A DNA stretch of 62,754 bases from a virus (IMGVR_UViG_3300020472_000024:1-62754), one strand, 5' to 3'. Positions 8,299 to 17,063 are shown, numbered from the stretch's first letter. Program-made: numbers and translations. The notes: a model not told the origin generated them from the sequence alone.

Positions 8299-9319
8299 TC
8301 CACTCCATTATCTGATCTAGTTTAAGTCTTATCTCATCAGGATCCAAACCTAAATTCTTCAGTTCTTCTGTTCCCATTTTGTTAAAAAAATCTTCGTAAT
8401 CTCTATTAGTTAATTCTCTTTTACCTAACTTGTTAAAAAAATCTTTATAAATTTTTTGCTTATCTCGGTAGTTTTTCGCTCTAATTTTTGCGTTAGCAGC
8501 TTCCGTCTGCCAGTCTTTTTGTTTCTTCGCAAGTTTCTTTTCTTCTTCAATTTTATTCTTTTTCGCATTTCGCTTTTCTTTCCATTGTCTTAATGATATG
8601 TTAGCAGCAATTAATAATAATACTGCTAATGGATCAAATACAAATATCAATATTAATATTATAATTCTAACTGCTGAGTCAAAATGATCTTTTGCATTTT
8701 CTCCATATATCAATTCAGCAACATATTTAAGTGGTCCTACATCTGCCTCTATCTTTAATTGTTCTATTTCAATATTACTTTTTGCATTGGTCAATTTAGC
8801 AATCTCGTCCATTGCATTTTTAATTTCTGTATTTAAAAAATCTCGTTCTTCTTTTTGTTTCTTTCGTTCTTTTAGACCTCTACTGACATATTCTTTTGCA
8901 ATATAAACATCTAACGCCTTGTCTAATCTATCAAGTGTATTTTCTGCTCTATCTATAATAAGATTTTGTTGATTTATTTGTTTATCTATTAATGCTATCT
9001 GTACTGCATTATTACCTGTTGGTCTAACTTGGTCTAGGTGTGCCTTTGATAGGAAACCAAAGATACCCATTGATGTAATGAATACTAATACAATAATTGC
9101 TGTAAATAGATATGCTTTTAATGCCCTAGGTATTCCTTCTCGCCAGTTATGATACAACCAACTGGCAGCAACTAACTTACCTACTTCTAATGCTGAACCC
9201 ATTGCAATAATAGGTACGGCAGCACCAGCAAATAAAGTTGCTAGTCCTAGTATAGAATATCCTGCCGCTATTAAAGATATAGCAATCGCTGATATAAATG
9301 TTATTAATGTTAAAAACAT
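8273..9319 (-). CDS. multi-pass membrane protein with periplasmic coiled coil
   Basis: Three N-terminal hydrophobic helices, coiled coil, EADVGPLKYVA motif, a further TM helix (IFVFDPLAV). Confidence 0.75.
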   Translation of the reverse strand: MFLTLITFISAIAISLIAAGYSILGLATLFAGAAVPIIAMGSALEVGKLVAASWLYHNWREGIPRALKAYLFTAIIVLVFITSMGIFGFLSKAHLDQVRPTGNNAVQIALIDKQINQQNLIIDRAENTLDRLDKALDVYIAKEYVSRGLKERKKQKEERDFLNTEIKNAMDEIAKLTNAKSNIEIEQLKIEADVGPLKYVAELIYGENAKDHFDSAVRIIILILIFVFDPLAVLLLIAANISLRQWKEKRNAKKNKIEEEKKLAKKQKDWQTEAANAKIRAKNYRDKQKIYKDFFNKLGKRELTNRDYEDFFNKMGTEELKNLGLDPDEIRLKLDQIMEWNANTDTNK

Positions 9320-9323
9320 TGTA

Positions 9324-10004
9324 TTATTTATTCTCTAATTTTTTGATTTTATTAATCATTCTTATGACTCTCTTGTCATAATCTTTTGTAGTTGAAAATG
9401 CGTCTAGTGTTTTGATTAATACAATTGAGTCTAATGGTTTATTCTTATCTAACATCAATTGTCTTTTGATTCTAAATTCTTTATAAGCAGGATGCTCGTT
9501 TAATAATCTAATATATTCTTTTACACTATCACACTTACTAGCAAATACTCTTACACCCCAACCTGACCATTGTTCTACACCTGTTGGTTTTAAATGTGAT
9601 ACGGTTTCTGTAAATGTTCTAATACCGAATAAGTTATTACCTTTAACTGCAAATCTACTTTTACCCCAACCAGACTCTAACGCCGCCTGACCTATAATCA
9701 TTTCCCAAGGCACTCTCCTATCTTTAGGTGTTGTGAAATTTATGTAGTCAATACATTTGTGCATTGCTCTAACGAATTGTATATCGTCATTGTAGGTAAA
9801 TTCAGGTTCTCTTAAATCTAAATCTTTAATTTTTTCTAGGTAAAAGTGTTCTAGTTCAGCATTCACTTTTGCTTTTGACCATTTGTTAGGATTAAATGTA
9901 CCCCAAGCAAATACTAAAGCACACACAATACCTGATACAAAAAATATCTTCGTGTATAACCACGCCTTATTTAATATGTTGTCCCAATTAATTTTTTTTG
10001 GCAT
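9324..10004 (-). CDS. glucosaminidase (GH73, Bax/FlgJ-like), membrane anchored
   Basis: QAALESGWGKSRFA..GNNLFGI motif; N-terminal TM. Confidence 0.88.
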   Translation of the reverse strand: MPKKINWDNILNKAWLYTKIFFVSGIVCALVFAWGTFNPNKWSKAKVNAELEHFYLEKIKDLDLREPEFTYNDDIQFVRAMHKCIDYINFTTPKDRRVPWEMIIGQAALESGWGKSRFAVKGNNLFGIRTFTETVSHLKPTGVEQWSGWGVRVFASKCDSVKEYIRLLNEHPAYKEFRIKRQLMLDKNKPLDSIVLIKTLDAFSTTKDYDKRVIRMINKIKKLENK

Positions 10005-10287
10005 AATAATCATATCCTGTCCACTCTTGTCCTTCGTGGTCTTTAAATGTTTCTAGTTTTGATTGATAAAAAGTTAAATTAGATTTTAATTTTTCTACTT
10101 TTTTAAAAATAACTGCCGCCTGTTTAAGTGTATAGTTATCATAGATGTCCTTTGCCCATTGACCTGTGTAATATAATCTACTCGTACCAGGTAAATTTGA
10201 TGGTTTAATTAGACCTTCTAATTTAAGCAATGCCTCACCGACTCTTGCCTTAATATATGGGTCTAACTCTTTCACTTTTCTACTCAT
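9988..10287 (-). CDS. hypothetical protein
   Basis: 99-aa ORF with RBS. Confidence 0.7.
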   Translation of the reverse strand: MSRKVKELDPYIKARVGEALLKLEGLIKPSNLPGTSRLYYTGQWAKDIYDNYTLKQAAVIFKKVEKLKSNLTFYQSKLETFKDHEGQEWTGYDYYAKKN

Positions 10288-10306
10288 AATATATCTTTCT
10301 CTTGGA

Positions 10307-10732
10307 TTATAAATCTAAACCAAGTCTATTTAACTTTGGTCTAAATGAATAAAATATTTTATTGTGGTTACCTGTATCACCTTTGATATTCATTTGCCAT
10401 AAATGGATCATTTCGTGTGCCAAAGTTTCTACAAATTCTTTTTTGTTTCTGTATGTAGGTAGCATTTCTAACCAAAATTGCTGTGTACCTTTTCTTTCCC
10501 ATACCCAAGTTGTTACCTGACCGTAACAAAACTTTTTACTTTCATCTTTATAAATTTTTTTAATTTGAATATCATTGAAAGGTTGTAATATATTTTTAAA
10601 CAATGCTTTGTTAAGCACCTTGAAATACTTTTTAACGTCTTTATAGGTAGTTTTGTATTTACGATTACTCGCTAGTTCTCTTTTCAAAACTTTTTTCACT
10701 CTCATATTTTTGTCTAGTTTTTTCTTTTTCAT
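10307..10732 (-). CDS. SprT-like zinc metalloprotein
   Basis: TLAHEMIHLWQ...H...F motif. Confidence 0.8.
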   Translation of the reverse strand: MKKKKLDKNMRVKKVLKRELASNRKYKTTYKDVKKYFKVLNKALFKNILQPFNDIQIKKIYKDESKKFCYGQVTTWVWERKGTQQFWLEMLPTYRNKKEFVETLAHEMIHLWQMNIKGDTGNHNKIFYSFRPKLNRLGLDL

Positions 10733-10816
10733 CTTTGATAACTTGAATAACTCCCATTGTTATACACGATAAAATTATTACTTTTAATTCCATCGGCATT
10801 TCTAAAAATATTTCTA

Positions 10817-11152
10817 TCATTGACAATCCTTGTCTTTGATCTTACTATCTTTTAGTAATAAACATTTGTGTTGTTTATCTAATTCTAATCTCAAATCTGT
10901 CATAACTCTATCCATAATTAAAGGCAAACTTGCCTCTATGATAGGTATGATCTCTAAAGCAAACTTATGTGCTAAGTTTTGTAGTTCACCTTCTAATACT
11001 TTCATTTGGTCTATATCGGTACCTTTTACGGTCTCTACGATAATATGACCAGTCGTGTTTTGTACTCTCTCATTTGCATTTAAAACATTAAATATACTCC
11101 ACGACCAGATATATACAAATGCTAAAAATACGTATAATAATTGTTTTCTCAT
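10817..11152 (-). CDS. hypothetical secreted/membrane protein
   Basis: N-terminal hydrophobic segment; leaderless start. Confidence 0.65.
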   Translation of the reverse strand: MRKQLLYVFLAFVYIWSWSIFNVLNANERVQNTTGHIIVETVKGTDIDQMKVLEGELQNLAHKFALEIIPIIEASLPLIMDRVMTDLRLELDKQHKCLLLKDSKIKDKDCQ

Positions 11153-11153
11153 A

Positions 11154-11187
11154 TATTTATAGTATCAGACTTATAGACCAAAGTCAA
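11154..11187 (-). promoter_or_regulatory. sigma70-like promoter overlapping a TATAAATA late promoter
   Basis: gcTTGACT-17-TACTAT (11187-11159); TATAAATA at 11161-11154. Confidence 0.7.
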
Positions 11188-11234
11188 GCGTTAATAATCG
11201 TTGATTTTAAAGGGTTTTTAGGGGTGTGCTATGA

Positions 11235-11249
11235 GAACAAAGCGTGAAC
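11235..11249. promoter_or_regulatory. alphaproteobacterial LexA (SOS)-box-like direct repeat GAAC-N7-GAAC
   Basis: GAACAAAGCGTGAAC in intergenic DNA, 48 nt upstream of the -35 box. Confidence 0.55.
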
Positions 11250-11269
11250 ACCCCTTTAAATATGCGTGT

Positions 11270-11764
11270 TTATTGTGCGATTCTTACGAAATCGTCATTC
11301 CAATTAAATGTTTCTTTAACTAGATTTGCTGTTAAACCTTTATACGTATTATTAAGGTTTTTGTTTTTGATTGCCATTAGGACTTCAGCGTCATCAGCGT
11401 GTAATCCTTCTAACATCTGTATAAACATAGTTTCTTTTTTTAACTTGTTTATTGTGTTATTACCACCCACAACAAAGTGATATAGTTTTCTGCTTTCCAT
11501 AGCAAGACTTGTATGTTCTGTTCCAGCAGGTGCCTCGTTTTTGATGTAAGGCGGATTTCCTTCTGGTAAATCAAATTTGATTTTAGGATCAAAGGCAGCT
11601 TTTAGTAATTGCCTCATTGGTTTGTTGTCGTATTTTTTTAGTATAGCAATCTTTTTAGGTTTGTCTTTAGCATTATTAATCTGTGTAAAGATTTCGTGTG
11701 CTGTAGGAGCGCCTGATCCTTCGGTGCTTAAACCTTGATTGATTGCTTGATTTGTTATAGCCAT
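11270..11764 (-). CDS. conserved T4-like hypothetical protein (usual rnh neighbour)
   Basis: FDLPEGNPPY, ETMFIQMLEGLH..DAEVL motifs. Confidence 0.75.
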   Translation of the reverse strand: MAITNQAINQGLSTEGSGAPTAHEIFTQINNAKDKPKKIAILKKYDNKPMRQLLKAAFDPKIKFDLPEGNPPYIKNEAPAGTEHTSLAMESRKLYHFVVGGNNTINKLKKETMFIQMLEGLHADDAEVLMAIKNKNLNNTYKGLTANLVKETFNWNDDFVRIAQ

Positions 11765-11778
11765 AATATCCTCATTGT

Positions 11779-12624
11779 TTAAAAGTCATTAATCTTATCT
11801 ATCAATGTCTTTAATTTTTTACCTATAAAATAAGGCAACAGGAGCGACCTGTCTTTTACTTTATAGTTGTTATACTTATTTATAATGTTAGTTTCTATCG
11901 TTTTTGGTATTTGGGACAAGTCAATAAGTTTCTTGTTCCGATTGTAGTTCTTTTTTGTTTCTGATCCTAAAGGTATGTTGTCTATATTAGACCACTCCTC
12001 TAGTTGTTTTGCTTTTATAGGTTTCTGTCTTTCACCTCTTACAAATATTTCATCATCACTTAATATATTAGGTACACCATCTGATCTATCACCTTTTATT
12101 ATTTGTGTTCTTAAAAATTTAATAGGATCCTCTTGTTCACCTATGAAACCTTTTAACAAAGGCGACCATTGATATACATTACCATAATGATGTAATTGAA
12201 TAAAGTCTTTGTCACCTGATACAATCAGGTACTTATCTTCTTTTTGTAATTTACAAATTGTAGCAATTATATCATCTGCCTCACTATTCTCAACATACAT
12301 TACTTTGTATGGAAAATTCTCTTGTACTTCTTTTTTAATATCTGTTATAATCTTAAATATTTCATCCCAATCAAATGGACCATCTTGTCTTGCTTGTTTT
12401 CTACTATGTTTATATAATGGAAAAAATTCTTTACGCCAAGGATCACTTGCGTCCGAACAAAGTACCATTACACCGTACTCGTCTTTAAACTTTACATTGA
12501 TACCTCTCAATGAGTTCAGTACCATAAACCTTATCATTTCTTTATTAGGTTTGACATCACCTTTGCCTCTTACCTGTGCCATTAGGTTTGAGATTAAAAC
12601 TTGATTAAGGTCTACTAATATCAT
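11779..12624 (-). CDS. rnh: T4-type RNase H (5'-3' exonuclease)
   Basis: MILVDLNQ, EADDIIA, SGDKDFIQL, GDRSDGVPNILS motifs. Confidence 0.95.
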   Translation of the reverse strand: MILVDLNQVLISNLMAQVRGKGDVKPNKEMIRFMVLNSLRGINVKFKDEYGVMVLCSDASDPWRKEFFPLYKHSRKQARQDGPFDWDEIFKIITDIKKEVQENFPYKVMYVENSEADDIIATICKLQKEDKYLIVSGDKDFIQLHHYGNVYQWSPLLKGFIGEQEDPIKFLRTQIIKGDRSDGVPNILSDDEIFVRGERQKPIKAKQLEEWSNIDNIPLGSETKKNYNRNKKLIDLSQIPKTIETNIINKYNNYKVKDRSLLLPYFIGKKLKTLIDKINDF

Positions 12625-12844
12625 TTTAAATATTTCTTTTTATACCATTTGTAAAATGCTTTGTCTTTCATTAGGTCTAATACACCTGCTGCTGAAATCT
12701 GATCGCTTCTAATACAATCTGCATAGTCTTGGTAATCTTTTTTCTTTATTAATTTTGTTTTTGTTGCCATAATATTTTAGTGAAGTGGTTAGGGCGCTGT
12801 AATTGCTGTAATACAGCATCTGAGCGCCCAAAACCTAGTTTAGA

Positions 12845-13147
12845 TTATGCTGAATAAGCGACTTGCTTACCAAACACTTTGTTCATACCAGCGATCAAAA
12901 TTGCTTTTGAAGGTGTACCAACTCTAAAAGAAACTCCGTTTGCTGATCTATTTTCGTAAATCATTAAACCTTCGTTTCTTAATTTTCCTACCATAGCGGC
13001 AGGTGATTTAAGATCAAATCTGTTTCTTAAAGTTTTCCAAGAAACATCAACACCTGTTTCAAACAGGTTTCTGATCTTTGTAGTTTTTGAAGTTCTAGCA
13101 TTTGCCATATCTTCTTCTCCTTTATTATTGTTAAAAAAATTAAACAT
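12845..13147 (-). CDS. small basic protein, winged-helix-like
   Basis: VSWKTLRNRFDLKSPAAMVGKLRNEG..IY pattern; alternative start at 13108. Confidence 0.55.
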   Translation of the reverse strand: MFNFFNNNKGEEDMANARTSKTTKIRNLFETGVDVSWKTLRNRFDLKSPAAMVGKLRNEGLMIYENRSANGVSFRVGTPSKAILIAGMNKVFGKQVAYSA

Positions 13148-13212
13148 TAGTGTTTAACCCTCTCTTTCTGTCAATTTTACAACCAGACACGGCGATTGCT
13201 TGTGCAATTCTT

Positions 13213-13710
13213 TTAGTCATCTAAATCTCCATCAGGTTCAAAAAAACCTTGTGTATCATTTAGATCCTTTAATTCTTTATTAACATCACCTGAAATAGGT
13301 CTGTTATTTCTTACAGGCGTTTTATTATCTAATATATCAGTATAATTAATTTTTGCTGATACGGTACCTGCCCTATTTGTTTTTAATAGTACCATCTTAT
13401 CTGCTAATTTCTGAGCAGGATGTGGTATTTTAAAATCTCTATAAATCATACCACGCATTACATCTACTAATAATGCTAAATCTTTTGTAAAATTAGGTTG
13501 ATTTGTTTTCATTGCTAAATCTACAAAGTGTTTTAATAGTCCCATACTAATATCATCAACGGCAGTTTCAACAAATTTTTTAGTTTGTTGTTCTTGTATT
13601 TGTTTAGCAACCTTCTCACCCATTTTTCTACGTTGTTCATCTAGTTCTCTTGTTCTAGGATTTACAATCTTGTTAGTAGGAAACGGTATTATTTTACCAT
13701 CATCTGCCAT
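13213..13710 (-). CDS. hypothetical protein
   Basis: Starts MADDGKIIPFP, a common phage N-terminus. Confidence 0.7.
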   Translation of the reverse strand: MADDGKIIPFPTNKIVNPRTRELDEQRRKMGEKVAKQIQEQQTKKFVETAVDDISMGLLKHFVDLAMKTNQPNFTKDLALLVDVMRGMIYRDFKIPHPAQKLADKMVLLKTNRAGTVSAKINYTDILDNKTPVRNNRPISGDVNKELKDLNDTQGFFEPDGDLDD

Positions 13711-13711
13711 T

Positions 13712-13978
13712 TTATTTGATCTCACCTTTAAAATTCACTTTCCCTTGTTTTTCAAAAAATTCTACAAGTTGATTATAACCACCAATTAACTCTCCATTAA
13801 TTTTTATCTGTGGCATTTGTCTTACATTTTTACCAATGTCTTCTAACATCTTACTCGGGTCTGACCCAAAATCTTTTTCTAAAGTCTTTTCTGTGTAGTC
13901 AAGGCGAAGATTATTTAATAACCCTTTCGCCTTGGTACAATAGACGCAATTAGTTTTGCTGTATATTATTATTGTCAT
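13712..13978 (-). CDS. nrdC: glutaredoxin
   Basis: IYSKTNCVYCTKAK, MPQI, IGGY motifs. Confidence 0.9.
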   Translation of the reverse strand: MTIIIYSKTNCVYCTKAKGLLNNLRLDYTEKTLEKDFGSDPSKMLEDIGKNVRQMPQIKINGELIGGYNQLVEFFEKQGKVNFKGEIK

Positions 13979-14573
13979 CATCATTACCTACTAGGTTCTC
14001 GTAGGCGACATTCGCCTTATCTTTTAAATTATAGGCGTCAACCGCTTCTTCAATAGTGTAGTTATACATTTTGTTAAACTCACCCATTGGAAGTCTTAAC
14101 CCTATCCAAGCACGATAATATCCATTCTTTGTTAAGGTTACATCTTGTTCAAAGATTTCATATCCTCTAACTTTAGTATCCTTAATTATGTTAACAAGAA
14201 CCGACTCAACTTCACTAACAATAGTTTTAGTTTCTGTCTTACCTAATTCAGTTATAAACTGACTAGATTTCTTGTTCATTTCACCTTTAATAATATCGGC
14301 AAGTTCTGCTTTTGCAAGCATTTTTGCTTTTTCTATTGCAAGGTTCAAGTCTGGAGACACAGCAGTACCTACTCCGTAGATACAAACTTTGTTCTTATCT
14401 TTTCCAAAGATTTTCTTATCACACGCCTTGGAATCGTTAATGTCTGCCATATACCAACTTGGTACTTTGTCAACAACATTACCTTTTTCTGACTTTATCT
14501 TATAATTACCAGCACAATTGGTCAGCAATACTGACATTGCTATAACTGATAATATCTTCATTTGTTTCATCAT
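13950..14573 (-). CDS. LPP20-like lipoprotein
   Basis: Lipobox LLTNC; VPSWY, YGVGTAVS..L.LA.EKA...AKAELA. Confidence 0.75.
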   Translation of the reverse strand: MMKQMKILSVIAMSVLLTNCAGNYKIKSEKGNVVDKVPSWYMADINDSKACDKKIFGKDKNKVCIYGVGTAVSPDLNLAIEKAKMLAKAELADIIKGEMNKKSSQFITELGKTETKTIVSEVESVLVNIIKDTKVRGYEIFEQDVTLTKNGYYRAWIGLRLPMGEFNKMYNYTIEEAVDAYNLKDKANVAYENLVGNDDDNNNIQQN

Positions 14574-14578
14574 TTACT

Positions 14579-14722
14579 TTACACACTCCTTTTCATAGTA
14601 TATACCATTTCTTGTAGTTTGTCAAGCGCTAATTCAACATAGTTGAAAACATCAGTAATTCCAATGTCCGTTTGAGTAAATACAATGGCAAAGAGTCCAA
14701 TTATGATTAAATTTTTAATCAT
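14579..14722 (-). CDS. small membrane protein
   Basis: Hand-translated MIKNLIIIGLFAIVFTQ... Confidence 0.55.
   Translation of the reverse strand: MIKNLIIIGLFAIVFTQTDIGITDVFNYVELALDKLQEMVYTMKRSV
14597..14625 (-). promoter_or_regulatory. sigma70-like early promoter
   Basis: gcTTGACA-17-TATACT followed by AGGAG RBS. Confidence 0.7.
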
Positions 14723-15231
14723 TTTACCTCCCATTCACCGTCCTTGTTCATACACACTTTTCCGAACGACTTAAAAGCGTGTTTTGGCCGACTATAATAT
14801 CGGCAATATTCTGGCGTGTATATATCTCGGTAATAGAATTGAGCAAATAGTTCCCAATAACTAGGACCATCAAACTTTCTTCTACCATCGGCACACTCCA
14901 AAATTTCTTCTTTAACAATAGTATCACCTTTTTGTTTAATAACTATCTTAACATAGCAATATTGACCATCTACTTTTTTAGGTTCTATTGTTTTAATCTT
15001 ATCATAATAGACATTGTTATCTGCCTTCTCTAATTTTTCTAGTATTGTGGTAACCTTGTCGTAATTAATATTATCAATATCACCTTCTACTGAAATAACT
15101 TTAATATCTTTTTCAAATGCTTTTTTATTTAAATCACAATCTACACAACCCCACGCTACTTCCATAAACAATAGTACCGTAATCATTATTAACGTAGCGT
15201 ACATATAAACTTTAAAATTTCTAGGATCCAT
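14719..15231 (-). CDS. hypothetical periplasmic Cys-containing protein
   Basis: N-terminal TM/signal; C-terminal GKVCMNKDGEW resembles its upstream neighbour. Confidence 0.7.
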   Translation of the reverse strand: MDPRNFKVYMYATLIMITVLLFMEVAWGCVDCDLNKKAFEKDIKVISVEGDIDNINYDKVTTILEKLEKADNNVYYDKIKTIEPKKVDGQYCYVKIVIKQKGDTIVKEEILECADGRRKFDGPSYWELFAQFYYRDIYTPEYCRYYSRPKHAFKSFGKVCMNKDGEWEVK

Positions 15232-15713
15232 TATCGTCTTTCAAACCACTTTCCATCTGGTGTCTGACAAGCAGTACCAAATACAACTTTTCTATTAACT
15301 CCACCAATACCTATAAGTGGCCATTGATTAGCAATATCAATTGTTGCGTCATAATCTTTACATTTAATAGGACCTTCAACATAAGATTTTGTAATCTTAA
15401 TTATACCTGAATTACCTGTTTCTGAATTAAACCAATTTGAATAACTTTGTGTAGTAGGACCATTATTTAAATGATCTACAAATACAGCATTGTGTACATC
15501 ATAATCACTCTTATACATAATTTCTGCACCTGCAAAAGCACCTACAACAGCACAACCAGCAATCACATAAGGATCAGTTGCACCCAATTCAACACAACCT
15601 GCTGTAGTTGTGATCGTACCTAAACCAGCACCTACCTCGGATCGGTTTATGTTAGCACAATTAGTTAGCGATAAACTAACTAGTAAAATCCATATTATTT
15701 TTTCTAATCTCAT
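15231..15713 (-). CDS. 17-kDa outer-membrane surface antigen-like lipoprotein (glycine zipper)
   Basis: Lipobox LTNC, GAGLG/GAFAG, WFNSETGNSG, GTACQTPDGKW. Confidence 0.8.
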   Translation of the reverse strand: MRLEKIIWILLVSLSLTNCANINRSEVGAGLGTITTTAGCVELGATDPYVIAGCAVVGAFAGAEIMYKSDYDVHNAVFVDHLNNGPTTQSYSNWFNSETGNSGIIKITKSYVEGPIKCKDYDATIDIANQWPLIGIGGVNRKVVFGTACQTPDGKWFERR

Positions 15714-15882
15714 CACAAATTTTCTGACTATTCACACTTTTAACAATGTAATAATCTTCGTTATTATCAATCACATAATTATTAAAACCTTTTTCCTGCC
15801 AAAGCGTTTGTGCTCTAGCAGAAATAGGTCTGAATAAATGTGTGCCATCATTAGCACTCGTACACACAAAATCACCAATCAT
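15676..15882 (-). CDS. hypothetical protein
   Basis: 68-aa ORF, coupled. Confidence 0.6.
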   Translation of the reverse strand: MIGDFVCTSANDGTHLFRPISARAQTLWQEKGFNNYVIDNNEDYYIVKSVNSQKICDEIRKNNMDFTS

Positions 15883-16130
15883 TATTGGTTACCTTTGAAT
15901 ATCTTGTTCCACGGCCATTTCGTCTTTGCCTCTGACCAAGTTTTCTTTTGATATTCTTTTGTCTTATCAACTTCACTTGAAATAAAGTTAACAAGTTTAC
16001 CTGGTGTTTCAGCAATCGCTGTACCAAACTCTTGTGGAGTTATCGTCTTCTTTTCCTCTGCCATAGTTTCAGCAACATATTGTAAACTGAATACTGCAAC
16101 AAGAAAAAGTATCGCTAATAGTTTTTTCAT
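15882..16130 (-). CDS. secreted hypothetical protein
   Basis: Signal peptide MKKLLAILFLVAVFSL. Confidence 0.65.
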   Translation of the reverse strand: MKKLLAILFLVAVFSLQYVAETMAEEKKTITPQEFGTAIAETPGKLVNFISSEVDKTKEYQKKTWSEAKTKWPWNKIFKGNQ

Positions 16131-16132
16131 AA

Positions 16133-16405
16133 CTATACTTTCCTTCCCATTGATTTAAAATCGGCAGCGTCAACAACTTGATAATTACCTTTGTTGTAAG
16201 CAATACCGATAGTTTTACCAGCAGGTAGTGTAACTTTTGGTAAAGTTCTCTTTACACACGCACCTGGGATTCTATCACTTGTAGGTATAGAATTTCTTTT
16301 AAGACCGTTTATGTCTAAAGTCAAATCAGGAAATTTGAATCCTTTAAGTGTCTTTAGAAAAGACGGTCGCATTATACTTTTATATTTCTCTTTGATTTTT
16401 TTCAT
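16133..16405 (-). CDS. hypothetical protein
   Basis: IAYNKGNYQVV...MGRK C-terminal motif. Confidence 0.7.
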   Translation of the reverse strand: MKKIKEKYKSIMRPSFLKTLKGFKFPDLTLDINGLKRNSIPTSDRIPGACVKRTLPKVTLPAGKTIGIAYNKGNYQVVDAADFKSMGRKV

Positions 16406-16722
16406 TAATCGTTAACTGATTGTGGGATTGAATCTGCTCTTACTTCAGCAAATGATTTACCGAACACTTTTTGATAAAAGGTCTCTCTAGGATCAGTTGT
16501 TAAGTAAGCACTCAACAAAGCGTCAAAATTTACATCTAAATCTGAATAGTATGATGGATTTGTTTTCTTTAGTTCTATATGATCTTTAAAGAATTGTATT
16601 CTATTTTTATAAACATCATTTTCTTTATCTTCTAATGTGTCTAATTTTGATAATTTAATATCTTTCTGTTTAGCAACTTCAAACTCTTTGAATAAGTTGT
16701 TTTTATCGTATTTAAATGACAT
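16405..16722 (-). CDS. hypothetical early protein
   Basis: 105-aa ORF with RBS, downstream of an early promoter. Confidence 0.7.
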   Translation of the reverse strand: MSFKYDKNNLFKEFEVAKQKDIKLSKLDTLEDKENDVYKNRIQFFKDHIELKKTNPSYYSDLDVNFDALLSAYLTTDPRETFYQKVFGKSFAEVRADSIPQSVND

Positions 16723-16761
16723 AGTGTATTTTTCCTTCTGTTTTTGTTAATATATCTGTTA

Positions 16762-16790
16762 ATAGTATCATAAATCGTTGCTTTTGTCAA
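16762..16790 (-). promoter_or_regulatory. sigma70-like early promoter
   Basis: gcTTGACA-17-TACTAT. Confidence 0.75.
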
Positions 16791-16914
16791 GCATTAAAAA
16801 AGTGAGTAAAATCAACGATTTTCTCATATTTAATCGTCCGAGGATGACCGAGGATTGACGATTCGACCCCTCCACGAGTAGTACATCACCCATTATTTGC
16901 AACTTTCAGTTGTA

Positions 16915-17061
16915 TTATATCTTCCATAAATCTCTCAATGATTGTTGTACACTTGTTAATTTTTCTTTAGGTTTGTTTTGTCTGGATCCTATATAATAAG
17001 CAATTCCAAAACCAACTACGGTTAAAATACAACCAATCACACCTAATCCTATTAGTTCCAT
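16915..17061 (-). CDS. small membrane protein
   Basis: Hand-translated MELIGLGVIGCILTVVGFGIAYYIG... Confidence 0.55.
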   Translation of the reverse strand: MELIGLGVIGCILTVVGFGIAYYIGSRQNKPKEKLTSVQQSLRDLWKI

Positions 17062-17063
17062 AG

